This document shows, in pieces, positions 24,537-33,927 of a stretch of DNA of 64,000 nt (positions are counted from its first letter, which is position 1; the number at the start of each line of letters is the position of its first letter). A model generated the notes under the pieces. The model had not been told where the DNA came from. It ran no database searches and saw only the letters and a list, made by a program, of their open reading frames with translations. This stretch comes from a virus: positions 5,028-69,027 of the IMG/VR virus record IMGVR_UViG_3300050014_000916; one strand, 5' to 3'. The position numbers and the translations under genes are program-made.

Positions 24537-24947
24537 ATGACCGAAGAAAGAAGGTTAATACTTGATAAGGTCGATGAGTTAATTAAAAAAAGAACAACAG
24601 AATTACTCAAGAGCTTGCCATCAATTCACGCAATAGATGACGGTATTATCATTCGTTTTTTTACTGGTTGGGATGATTGTGTTAACAACATTAAATTCAA
24701 GAGAATAGAAAATGATAATGATTCGGACGATATCGTTATATTTTACTTTATACCTAAAGGCGCAGTAATTGATCTAAAGAAAAGAGAATATATTAGCTGT
24801 CTTGCTTGTTTAAGCGGTAAGGTAGAAATTAAATATAGTAATAAAACACATATACTTACTGGTTTTCATAAACTCGTTTTAGATACTGATGTATTTGAAG
24901 GTATTGGCTTGGAAGACTCATATGTATTGACCTCAAGCAAACATTAA
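24537..24947 (+). CDS. Hypothetical protein, possible cupin-like fold
   Basis: ORF; weak beta-strand pattern. Confidence 0.5.
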   Translation: MTEERRLILDKVDELIKKRTTELLKSLPSIHAIDDGIIIRFFTGWDDCVNNIKFKRIENDNDSDDIVIFYFIPKGAVIDLKKREYISCLACLSGKVEIKYSNKTHILTGFHKLVLDTDVFEGIGLEDSYVLTSSKH

Positions 24948-25157
24948 TCACCATCTTTTTTGCATGCATCTGGATTTCGGACTTCTAACCTTTGCTGGCA
25001 TATAACAGCCACATAACGCACAGGATTTATTCTTTTGAAATTTTCCACATTTGTTTTCTACACAAATTGCTATTCTGTTTTTTGCAAGTTCTTCTACTTG
25101 TGGACTTGGAAACATGTAATTTTTCCAGCCATCATAAATTTCCGATAATTGACTCAT
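24948..25157 (-). CDS. Small Cys-rich protein
   Basis: RIAIC..C..CALCGCYMPAK..C..W. Confidence 0.6.
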   Translation of the reverse strand: MSQLSEIYDGWKNYMFPSPQVEELAKNRIAICVENKCGKFQKNKSCALCGCYMPAKVRSPKSRCMQKRW

Positions 25158-25159
25158 AG

Positions 25160-27313
25160 TTAACGATGAATAATTCTACCACCTTTATTTACAATAATGG
25201 TTGGATTTAATAATTTCTCTTCCAAAGCATTATGTAGAACTTCAGGTGAGGTTAATGCGTTATCATAGACCCTTAATTTTTGTATACCGCCAATAAATCC
25301 TGAATTAAAATTTTCCTGAATAAGCAGATTGTCCTTTCTTGCGTCTTGTACGAGAATATCCGCAGCAGTATATGTAAAGCCACTGATAAACAATGGTTTA
25401 TTTGGATTAAAGTTGTTGCTTGTTTCAATCAATAATCCTATATTTACAAACTTCTGACCACTATTTTCTGGTGTTCTGAAAACACTATATAATTTATTCC
25501 AAACATTTTGACCCGATATAATAGGAATCTGCATAGATGGAACAATAAAGTTTGCATTAAGTTCATTAAATAATATAAGATTACCGTTCTGATCATAAAC
25601 AGGTAAGCCGTTTACGCCATAATACATAACGCCATTAATATATATGTATTCAAATTCTTGTCTATCTGGGAATGGATGTAAACCAAGCGCAGTTACCTGA
25701 TCGATACTGGTTATTGGATTTATATATTCCATATCCTTAAGAATACTAATATCAACAGTATCGCTAAATACAACAACAGTAATTTTATTGTGTATTGCTG
25801 TACCAAAGCTATCAAATAATTTAAAGAAGCCACCATCATACATAGATAAATCAATCCTATAATCTCTGTTTGATAAAACGGAAATTGGTTTAATAAATTT
25901 CAGGAAATATGTTTTACCTGTTGTTGTGCCTGTTTCACCAGTGTATTGAATACGTATGGTTGTTTCAGGAATCAAAATTGATGGATTACAAATATCAGGT
26001 GCTTTCCATGTTTGAGTATCTGCACTTACTGATAAACCTGTTATGTGTGTATCGCCAGTGAATGGACTACATAATTCTATAATTGGGTCATTCTGCACGA
26101 AGAAATTACTCTGTATATAATTAATGTCCTGACCGTTATAAATAACGTATGTTTGATAGTCATAATGATATGAATGTTCCAAACCAAATGAGCCACCGCC
26201 CCAACTAATTGAGTATGGTACACCTATTTGTTTTTCTTTGTCGTTATTGAATCTATGAAAATAATATTCAGGGAAATCATGAATTATCCATGTTGCACGA
26301 CCATTTACATAGAATATAATCTTACCTGTTCTTTGTGGTGAACATTCTAATTGTAATGGTGTATCAAATATATTATCTGGTGTGAATACAATATCAATTA
26401 TAGTATAACCAGTTGCTTTAACTACCGATGGGGATGAATTTGTAACTATAAGACCATCTGCATTAATATATTTATAAAAAATTCTTCTATCTTGAGTTAA
26501 TCCGAATGCAATTACATTATTTTTTAAATTATCAATTGGTGGTAATTCATTATGTTCTGTTTTAAATCGATCTTCAAATGCTCTGAATCCCTTTTTTAAT
26601 ACTTGATTTGCAGTGAACGCATCGAGAAAATCATTATAGCTTGTTACCACACCAGTTTCTGTAATGCCAGTTGCTGTTGCAATAACTGTGCCTTGAAAGC
26701 CAATAGTTGTTGAACCAGAAGTGCCGACAGTTGTTTCACCACTGAAATATGGATTATATTTATCTTCCGCACGTGCGCCCATCATATAGAATATACCGTG
26801 TGAGCTTGGGTCAAGATGTAAAATGGTTTCGATTGTCAAACCTTTATTATATCGTGAAGGAAGTAATTCGTAATTAAAACCATCGAGTTTAAAAAATCCC
26901 TGTAAATATCCACCAGTAAGATTAAAATAGTAATATGGAGTAGTTAAGCCTGATGTTGTGCCTGATGTAACTGCGCTTATTGTATATCCACTATATGTTG
27001 TTGTTGCGCTAACTCCGCTTGTATTGCCTGTTGTTGGGTTTATAACTTCATTGAAGCCAACCCTATACACTGAAAATAATGTATCTTCTGGCAATATAGT
27101 TATGCCTTCCCACATTACATTAGTCCTGCCATTATCGAATTCAGTCAGACCGAAATCCATTAAATTTATATTATCAGAAACCGCACCTGCCCACTTAGTT
27201 AAACTAAATGCTGTTAGTCCAGTATTCCAATTTCTCCATGAGTTAACGTTAGTTAAATCAATATGTATTGCAAGATTGTCGGTGATTATACCATTTAAAC
27301 ATTCTAAATTCAT
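25160..27313 (-). CDS. Virion structural protein with LamG/concanavalin-like elements
   Basis: SG/TG-rich; IFYVNG; FIGGIQKLRVYDNALTSPEV. Confidence 0.65.
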   Translation of the reverse strand: MNLECLNGIITDNLAIHIDLTNVNSWRNWNTGLTAFSLTKWAGAVSDNINLMDFGLTEFDNGRTNVMWEGITILPEDTLFSVYRVGFNEVINPTTGNTSGVSATTTYSGYTISAVTSGTTSGLTTPYYYFNLTGGYLQGFFKLDGFNYELLPSRYNKGLTIETILHLDPSSHGIFYMMGARAEDKYNPYFSGETTVGTSGSTTIGFQGTVIATATGITETGVVTSYNDFLDAFTANQVLKKGFRAFEDRFKTEHNELPPIDNLKNNVIAFGLTQDRRIFYKYINADGLIVTNSSPSVVKATGYTIIDIVFTPDNIFDTPLQLECSPQRTGKIIFYVNGRATWIIHDFPEYYFHRFNNDKEKQIGVPYSISWGGGSFGLEHSYHYDYQTYVIYNGQDINYIQSNFFVQNDPIIELCSPFTGDTHITGLSVSADTQTWKAPDICNPSILIPETTIRIQYTGETGTTTGKTYFLKFIKPISVLSNRDYRIDLSMYDGGFFKLFDSFGTAIHNKITVVVFSDTVDISILKDMEYINPITSIDQVTALGLHPFPDRQEFEYIYINGVMYYGVNGLPVYDQNGNLILFNELNANFIVPSMQIPIISGQNVWNKLYSVFRTPENSGQKFVNIGLLIETSNNFNPNKPLFISGFTYTAADILVQDARKDNLLIQENFNSGFIGGIQKLRVYDNALTSPEVLHNALEEKLLNPTIIVNKGGRIIHR

Positions 27314-27389
27314 TTCGTACAAGAATTTATAATAAATACTCAAGTACTTTAATTAATAGTTTTGTATTTATAGAAAATATCGTTTTTAT

Positions 27390-28514
27390 ATGACAAAATA
27401 TACTCCACAGCGACTTTTCGAAATGATGAATAGGGTTGCAGGTATGCCGTTAGATGAGGTTGATTGGGAAGGCAATTTCAGTGATGTATCAAAAGAATGT
27501 ATGAGTGTAGATGAATTAAAAACATATCTCAATAATGTAATTACTAATCACCAACTTCCTAATTCCAAGAGAACAAAAGCATCATTATTGGTACATAATA
27601 AAGCAATTCCTTTTGACGAAAAGGGTGATATTGATGTTGAGGCATTCATTACGAATATAACAAAAATGCCACCCCAAATTTTCAGTCAGAATACTAAAAT
27701 GGAAAAGTCTGGTTCAGAAAATGCAGCCACATTTAATATTGGTATTCCTGCTTTACGTGGTTTAGTATATGACATTCAAAATAAAGAGTTTTATATCGTA
27801 AATACTTGCCCGGGTGCAGGTACGTGCGCACGTGTATGTTATGCAAGGCGTGGTAGATATGTGGTTCAATCGACAATTTTTATTAAGCAAACCAGAATAT
27901 TAAGTCTCTTACTCAATTATCCTGATAAATTCGAAAAAATATTGAAACGTGAAATTGAAGTATTAGCAATAAAAAATAGTGATAAGAAAGTTATATTTAG
28001 ATGGAATGATGCTGGTGATTTTTTTACCAAGAAATATTTTGAAATTGCTGTTAAGATAACCAAAGAATTAAAAGCAGAAGGTTATAATTTTGAATCATAT
28101 GCGCATACAAAAATGGGCGATGTTTATAACCTAAACGACCCAAACATTACATTAAATTTCTCAGTTGATGCAAATAAACAGGAGATTGGTAAAGTAAATT
28201 TGAGTGACGCAAAAACATCAGAGATAGTTCCAAAGGATTTATTTAAAGACCTCTTTATAAAAAAAGCAGCACATTTTGATGTTGATGAAAAAGGTAAACT
28301 CATACCGATTAATGACAACAGTATCAACATATTAAAAGAAAGAATCGCTAAACAATTTAATGTCAATCCTCATACATTATTAACATATGACGAAATGTTA
28401 AAAACACCAGTTGGTAGAGATAAAAGTATTAATGTTATCGTGATGCCTAAAGGTGAGGGAGATGTATCTGCACAGAGAAAGGACGTTAAGAGAACTTTTC
28501 TGCTATATCATTAA
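27390..28514 (+). CDS. Gp88-like Cys-cluster protein with QRLFEMM leader
   Basis: TCPGAGTCARVCYA; FRWNDAGDFF; YAHTK. Confidence 0.7.
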   Translation: MTKYTPQRLFEMMNRVAGMPLDEVDWEGNFSDVSKECMSVDELKTYLNNVITNHQLPNSKRTKASLLVHNKAIPFDEKGDIDVEAFITNITKMPPQIFSQNTKMEKSGSENAATFNIGIPALRGLVYDIQNKEFYIVNTCPGAGTCARVCYARRGRYVVQSTIFIKQTRILSLLLNYPDKFEKILKREIEVLAIKNSDKKVIFRWNDAGDFFTKKYFEIAVKITKELKAEGYNFESYAHTKMGDVYNLNDPNITLNFSVDANKQEIGKVNLSDAKTSEIVPKDLFKDLFIKKAAHFDVDEKGKLIPINDNSINILKERIAKQFNVNPHTLLTYDEMLKTPVGRDKSINVIVMPKGEGDVSAQRKDVKRTFLLYH

Positions 28515-28556
28515 GTATTTATATAAAAATTAAAATAAAGTTAATAAACAAAAGCT

Positions 28557-28886
28557 ATGAAAAAATACGACCAACAAAGACTTTTTGAAGTCATGGGTAG
28601 ACTTGACAAAACATTCCATCCTAAAGCTGAATTACTTAAAGAGTGGAACTTCGATAAGAAAAAAGGCGAAGATAAAGACGAAGACAAAGAAGAAAAAGAA
28701 GAAGGTTCTGAAAAGAAAAAATTCAATTTCGAAAAGAAGGAAGGTAAAGAATCTAAAGAACATGAAGAGTCTGAAACTCCTGAAGAAGAAAAAGAAGAGC
28801 ACGAAGATAAAGAAGAACTTAAAGAAACTGATGCTCCTGCAGCTAAAAAGTTGCCAGTAAACGCAATAGCAAAAGTAGGTAAATAA
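28557..28886 (+). CDS. Charged internal head protein-like
   Basis: QRLFEVM leader, K/E-rich. Confidence 0.6.
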   Translation: MKKYDQQRLFEVMGRLDKTFHPKAELLKEWNFDKKKGEDKDEDKEEKEEGSEKKKFNFEKKEGKESKEHEESETPEEEKEEHEDKEELKETDAPAAKKLPVNAIAKVGK

Positions 28887-28910
28887 TATTACCTTTTATA
28901 TTTCAATAAA

Positions 28911-29294
28911 ATGAAAAAAGTTATTGACTCAAAGAAACTTTTATTTGAGAATATGGAAAAATTAAATCCAGAATTCAAAATAAAAGAAGAGGAAGATAAG
29001 TGGATTCAGGGTGCAGTTAATCCAGAACATAAGGGTTATTGCACTCCGATGACTAAATCTACCTGTACACCAAAACGTAAAGCACTTGCTCAGAGATTCA
29101 AAAAGGGTATTGATGAGACATTTAATATAAATGATTACGGTGAGAACAGCGAAGTCTTTAAGCAAATGACCGATGAGATAAAACATTCTATTGATGAATT
29201 GTATGCTGAAGGTGACTACGAGATTATTCACAATTTATATACACTCATGGGTTTAAAGAAAAATAACACAAGTATTGGGCAAAAAACAGTATAA
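28911..29294 (+). CDS. Internal head protein-like
   Basis: KKLLFENMEKLNPEF leader; KWIQGAV. Confidence 0.6.
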   Translation: MKKVIDSKKLLFENMEKLNPEFKIKEEEDKWIQGAVNPEHKGYCTPMTKSTCTPKRKALAQRFKKGIDETFNINDYGENSEVFKQMTDEIKHSIDELYAEGDYEIIHNLYTLMGLKKNNTSIGQKTV

Positions 29295-30106
29295 TGATTG
29301 AGACAAAAAATAACCCACGTGCGTGGTCAAGCAGATTTTGGTCAAGAAATAATATTTCAGATGTCCTGAAAGAAGTTGTTGAACCAGATGCTGTTGATGT
29401 ATCATCAATTAAAATGAATGATACATTAAATCCGCTTATTTGGGAAAGTGATGAAATCATGAAACCTGATGTTAGGTCAGTCTTACTTAAGAATGCTAAG
29501 AGATTCATTGAATTCTCTGATGTAGAAGGTCTGAAGTTCAATGATGTTATATTAACTGGTAGTATGGCTAATTATAATTACAACGATGAGTCTGATCTCG
29601 ACATACACATTATATTGGATTTTACTCAAATATCTCAAAACAAAGAATTTGTTGGTGATTTTTTTAAGTTAAAGAAACAACTATGGGCAGATCATCTTCC
29701 AATTCAAGTTAAGGGTCATGATGTTGAAATGTATTTTCAGGATAGCAAAGAACCTCACCATTCATCAGGTACATACTCTTTAGTTAAGAATACTTGGATT
29801 AGAAAACCAACTAAAAAGATCGTGAATATTGATTCCGCAGATGTTCAATTAAAATCTGCAGATATAATGAACATGATTGAAGAATTGGAGAAGAACAGAA
29901 ATAAAAGTGATTTCTTGAAGAAGCATGAATTATTAAAAAATAAAATAAAAAAATACAGACAATCAGGTCTTGATACTGGCGGTGAATATTCAATTGAAAA
30001 TTTAGTATTTAAGGTATTAAGAAATACTGGCTATCTGGAAAAAATGGTTGAGCTAAAGAATGATTATTTAACTCAAGAGTTGAGCTTAAACGAATTAATG
30101 TCATGA
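29294..30106 (+). CDS. Pol-beta-like nucleotidyltransferase
   Basis: LTGSMANYNY..SDLDIH..VEMYFQD. Confidence 0.8.
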   Translation: MIETKNNPRAWSSRFWSRNNISDVLKEVVEPDAVDVSSIKMNDTLNPLIWESDEIMKPDVRSVLLKNAKRFIEFSDVEGLKFNDVILTGSMANYNYNDESDLDIHIILDFTQISQNKEFVGDFFKLKKQLWADHLPIQVKGHDVEMYFQDSKEPHHSSGTYSLVKNTWIRKPTKKIVNIDSADVQLKSADIMNMIEELEKNRNKSDFLKKHELLKNKIKKYRQSGLDTGGEYSIENLVFKVLRNTGYLEKMVELKNDYLTQELSLNELMS

Positions 30107-30354
30107 AAAGATTTATATTAACAGAACAACAGTTGCGTGAGTATATTGAGATTAAGAAATCTGAAAAGATTTTTTATGACATTGTAGAAGATTTACATAA
30201 AAATGTGAAGTATCTCAACGAAAACATTTCACGACAAAAAGCAAATCAGTCAGTAATCAACGGTTACGCACAGAAACATTTAATTAACCCAAGAGTGACT
30301 GAAATGTTAGTTAAGCATAAAATTATGAATGAAACTGGTGAAATAATCATCTAA
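30103..30354 (+). CDS. Hypothetical protein
   Basis: MKRFILTEQQ-type leader. Confidence 0.55.
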   Translation: MKRFILTEQQLREYIEIKKSEKIFYDIVEDLHKNVKYLNENISRQKANQSVINGYAQKHLINPRVTEMLVKHKIMNETGEIII

Positions 30355-30431
30355 TACCATTTTTTTGTTCTTAATTAAGTATTTATAAAAAAATATATAA
30401 CGTAAATAATAAAAATTTTAAAAATATTCAC

Positions 30432-32900
30432 ATGAAAAAACATGCATCACAAGAAGCATTTATTCAAAGACTTCAGGAATTGGCACAAACAAAGAAACCT
30501 ATTATAAAGGAAGCAAACGTCCGTAATTTAGGCGACTTGATTGATTATAAGAGGTCAGCCGATGGTATTGCTTATGGTATTGTCAAAGAACAGCACCATT
30601 ATTATATTAAAAAAGCTGGCACTAAAGAAAATCCTAATGTTGCAGATTTTGCATATATTGGTGGATTATCAAATATAACCAATTATCAATACACTAAGTT
30701 ATCTGAAGCTGAGAAGCAAAGGAATATGATATTTCAAACAATCAACGAAAGTATTGCAAATAAACCAAGTTTAACAGGTAGCAAGAAAAAAAGGCTTAAC
30801 GAAGACGTTGCAAAAGACGAACTCGATCAAGCATCGGATAAGGTTGGTGAATTAGATGCTGCAACAAATGCAGAAAATACTCCAGAACCAGCACCAAACC
30901 CAGAGGGTGGTGCACCTACAGATGCAGGAATGCCTTCACCAACTGGTGATAGTAATGCACCTACAGATATGGAAGAACCTGCTCCAGATGCTGGTAATGA
31001 AGAACTTCCACCTGCTGAAGATGCAGAAGCTGGTAGTGAAGAAGAACTTCCACCTACTGATGATACAGAAGAGAATCCTGAAGGCGAAAATCCCGAAGGT
31101 GAAGGAAAAGATGCAATTGCATCTGATATTGGTGAAATTGGCGAAAAAGTACAAAATACAAATCTAAAAGAAGATAAGGTTAAGGAATATGTTGGTACAT
31201 TTCTTGGTTATTTTACAGATTACTTTAAGAAAATGCCACAAGAAGAACTTGATGACTTGGGTGATAAAATTATTAAGGTTAACACCGAAGCAAACATAAA
31301 AGATTTGGAAGCAAATACTCCAAATGAACCAATTGCAGGTGGCGAAGAAGCTGGTATTGAAGAAGAACAAGAACAGTGCGCAGAATGTGGTAAATTCAGT
31401 AAATATGCAGAATCACGTGGTTATGACAGTCCAGAAAAATTCATGGAATGTGATGATGAGGAAAAAACAAATGTTGTTAATGACTATATAACTGCAGGTG
31501 ACGAAGGTATGAATGATGGCGATGAAAAAACTATTAGTTTAATCATCAAATTATCTCCAGATATGCTTGCTAAACTGAAAGACGATTACGGTCAGGAAGA
31601 ATATGCAGAAAAAATTCAACCACAGGTTGATTCAATGAATGAATCCGATGAAGATGCTATGATGCAACTTAAAGAAGCATGGGGTGATGTATGGCAGGGT
31701 ATTAAAGGTGCTGGGCAAGCAATTGCTGGTGCTGCTAAAACTGCTGGTACAGGTATTTCACAGGCTTATCATGGTATTGGTGTTAATCCAGCATGGAATA
31801 AACTTGCAGCTATTGCAACTGATTTGGGAAAACAAATTAATGCAGTAAATGATAAAGCAGTTAAAGCTGGTCAGAGTCCTGTTAAAGTTCAGGATATTCT
31901 TTCAGTAATAAATAAACAATTAACTACTCCAACAGCACCACAGACAAAGACTGGTAAAGACATGAATGCAAGTCAAGCTGCTGCTTGGCAAGCTGGTAAT
32001 AAAGGTCAACAAACTGCTGGAACTAATGTAGATGTTAATGCATTAAAAGGACAACAGGGTATTGCTAAGAAAGCTGCTCAACCACTTTCAAAGGTAGCAG
32101 AAAATCAGATGCCAGTTGATCAAACACAGGTACAACCTAATATATTAAAAGAAGAGGAAGATGAAGAAGAAAAGGATTTTAATATAGATGATCTTGATAC
32201 AGGTGAAGAAAAAGGTGGTGAAGAAGTTACTCCAGAGGAAACTCCTGAAGAAACTCCTGAAATTGAAACTGGTGGTGAAGAAGAGGAAGAAGTTCCTGAA
32301 GAAACTCCAAGTATTTTTGGAAAAGACGCACAAAACTTAGGTGGTGGTGTTGTTAAACCTGAAGGTGCTGGTGTTGAAATTAAAATCGAACCAGATAAAA
32401 GCATCAATATTTCAATGAGTGAATCTGAAAAGAAATTAAGAAAATACATTCGTGAACATCTTGAAGTTAAAGCAGGTTTAAGAAAAGCAAATCTTAATGA
32501 AAGTAAAAAATCACCAACATTAATGAAACTTGACGCTGTAATTGACAGACAATTTAAGCTCTATGAATCAACTATAGTTAAAAAAAAAGTTGAAGAAGGT
32601 GTAGTAACAGATGTAATGGGTAAAATGGGACAAGGACTTGAAGGTAGATTGAAAAAACAAAGAGAATTGAAACGTGCTTTGGAAATTGACCCTGAAAATG
32701 CTGGTTCTGCACTTTATAAGGCATTTGAACAAGATTTTAAATTTCAAGCTGGTGGACTTCAGTATTTAAATAAATTAACACCTGAAGAAAAAATGCAGCT
32801 TGCACAACAAGCAGCAAGCGACCCCAAAGGGTTAGGTCAATTGAAAATTATGAATGATAAACTCACATATATTCCAGTTGATTACTCAGCAAGAGGATAA
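30432..32900 (+). CDS. Large acidic prohead core / internal protein
   Basis: 822 aa, E/P-rich low-complexity blocks, many xxE putative protease sites. Confidence 0.65.
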   Translation: MKKHASQEAFIQRLQELAQTKKPIIKEANVRNLGDLIDYKRSADGIAYGIVKEQHHYYIKKAGTKENPNVADFAYIGGLSNITNYQYTKLSEAEKQRNMIFQTINESIANKPSLTGSKKKRLNEDVAKDELDQASDKVGELDAATNAENTPEPAPNPEGGAPTDAGMPSPTGDSNAPTDMEEPAPDAGNEELPPAEDAEAGSEEELPPTDDTEENPEGENPEGEGKDAIASDIGEIGEKVQNTNLKEDKVKEYVGTFLGYFTDYFKKMPQEELDDLGDKIIKVNTEANIKDLEANTPNEPIAGGEEAGIEEEQEQCAECGKFSKYAESRGYDSPEKFMECDDEEKTNVVNDYITAGDEGMNDGDEKTISLIIKLSPDMLAKLKDDYGQEEYAEKIQPQVDSMNESDEDAMMQLKEAWGDVWQGIKGAGQAIAGAAKTAGTGISQAYHGIGVNPAWNKLAAIATDLGKQINAVNDKAVKAGQSPVKVQDILSVINKQLTTPTAPQTKTGKDMNASQAAAWQAGNKGQQTAGTNVDVNALKGQQGIAKKAAQPLSKVAENQMPVDQTQVQPNILKEEEDEEEKDFNIDDLDTGEEKGGEEVTPEETPEETPEIETGGEEEEEVPEETPSIFGKDAQNLGGGVVKPEGAGVEIKIEPDKSINISMSESEKKLRKYIREHLEVKAGLRKANLNESKKSPTLMKLDAVIDRQFKLYESTIVKKKVEEGVVTDVMGKMGQGLEGRLKKQRELKRALEIDPENAGSALYKAFEQDFKFQAGGLQYLNKLTPEEKMQLAQQAASDPKGLGQLKIMNDKLTYIPVDYSARG

Positions 32901-32919
32901 AATAAATATCGAATAAAAG

Positions 32920-32950
32920 AAAACCGAACTAAAAATAGTTCGGTTTTTTT
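32920..32950 (+). terminator. Intrinsic terminator
   Basis: AAAACCGAACTA-AAAA-TAGTTCGGTTTTTTT. Confidence 0.75.
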
Positions 32951-32983
32951 GTAACATATTATTCAGACATTCGTATAACAACC

Positions 32984-33349
32984 ATGAAAAATAATGTAAG
33001 AGAATACGACAAATTGAAATTGTTCAGGAATAAAAGAAGAAATTCCGAACTACTTCTACTTGCTGAAACTCAGCAGGATTTTGATTACAGAAAACTATTA
33101 ATTGAAGAAAACGAAATTAATTTACACGTATTTTTCAGTAGAATGATAGTAGCAAATTATTTATCGTGGTTTTTACTTGCAGCATCAATTTATTTTATTC
33201 CGTTTCTTGTATTGCCATTGGCAATTGTGTTGCGAGTTTTTTCATATAAATCCAAGAAAAATTTCGAAAAAACATATAAAAGTTATCAGACTGTTTTAAG
33301 TGCAGTTAATCTGATAATTAAAAGAGAATATGGCATTCAATTGACATAA
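32984..33349 (+). CDS. Membrane protein
   Basis: Hydrophobic hairpin; TGTAAC-N15-TCGTATAA upstream. Confidence 0.55.
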   Translation: MKNNVREYDKLKLFRNKRRNSELLLLAETQQDFDYRKLLIEENEINLHVFFSRMIVANYLSWFLLAASIYFIPFLVLPLAIVLRVFSYKSKKNFEKTYKSYQTVLSAVNLIIKREYGIQLT

Positions 33350-33399
33350 AAGTAGTAATATTTTTCCCCGTTGTATCGTATTTATAATAAATTCACGAT

Positions 33400-33879
33400 A
33401 TGGAATATGATGATAGTAAATTGAAGTTGATATATGTCTTGAAAATTGGTTACAATTCAAAAGATGAGGGGTTATATGAGTTTATATTTTCTCTTGATGA
33501 AACTAATATTGATGCTGAAGGTTGGTGTTGGGATATTGCGCCAGCGTGTGATAATGCATTAGCACCTACTGAGGAATTTATAAATGCTGTTTTTAATTTA
33601 AAAACTGCATCATTTGATTTATTCTGCTTGCATGAATCTCCCGAAAGAGAATATATGCATGGTTATCACACCATACATGCACTTGCGTATGAGGTTGAAA
33701 AGAAAGACCAAAATGGTTATAGCGATTATGATAAAATGTTCAATGGAGAGAACGATGATGTTCCATTGTTAGTTTTTCATTATGGCATGTCATTGGCAAA
33801 AGTGAAAGACCTTCTTAATGCAAGAAAAATCATATTAAAGAATAACGAATTCGTTGAAACGTCTTCGCTGAAGTTTTAA
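33400..33879 (+). CDS. Hypothetical protein upstream of terminase
   Basis: 159 aa ORF. Confidence 0.6.
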   Translation: MEYDDSKLKLIYVLKIGYNSKDEGLYEFIFSLDETNIDAEGWCWDIAPACDNALAPTEEFINAVFNLKTASFDLFCLHESPEREYMHGYHTIHALAYEVEKKDQNGYSDYDKMFNGENDDVPLLVFHYGMSLAKVKDLLNARKIILKNNEFVETSSLKF

Positions 33880-33927
33880 GCATTTACGATTTTTACATAG
33901 TCAGAGTATTTATTATAAAATTTTATA

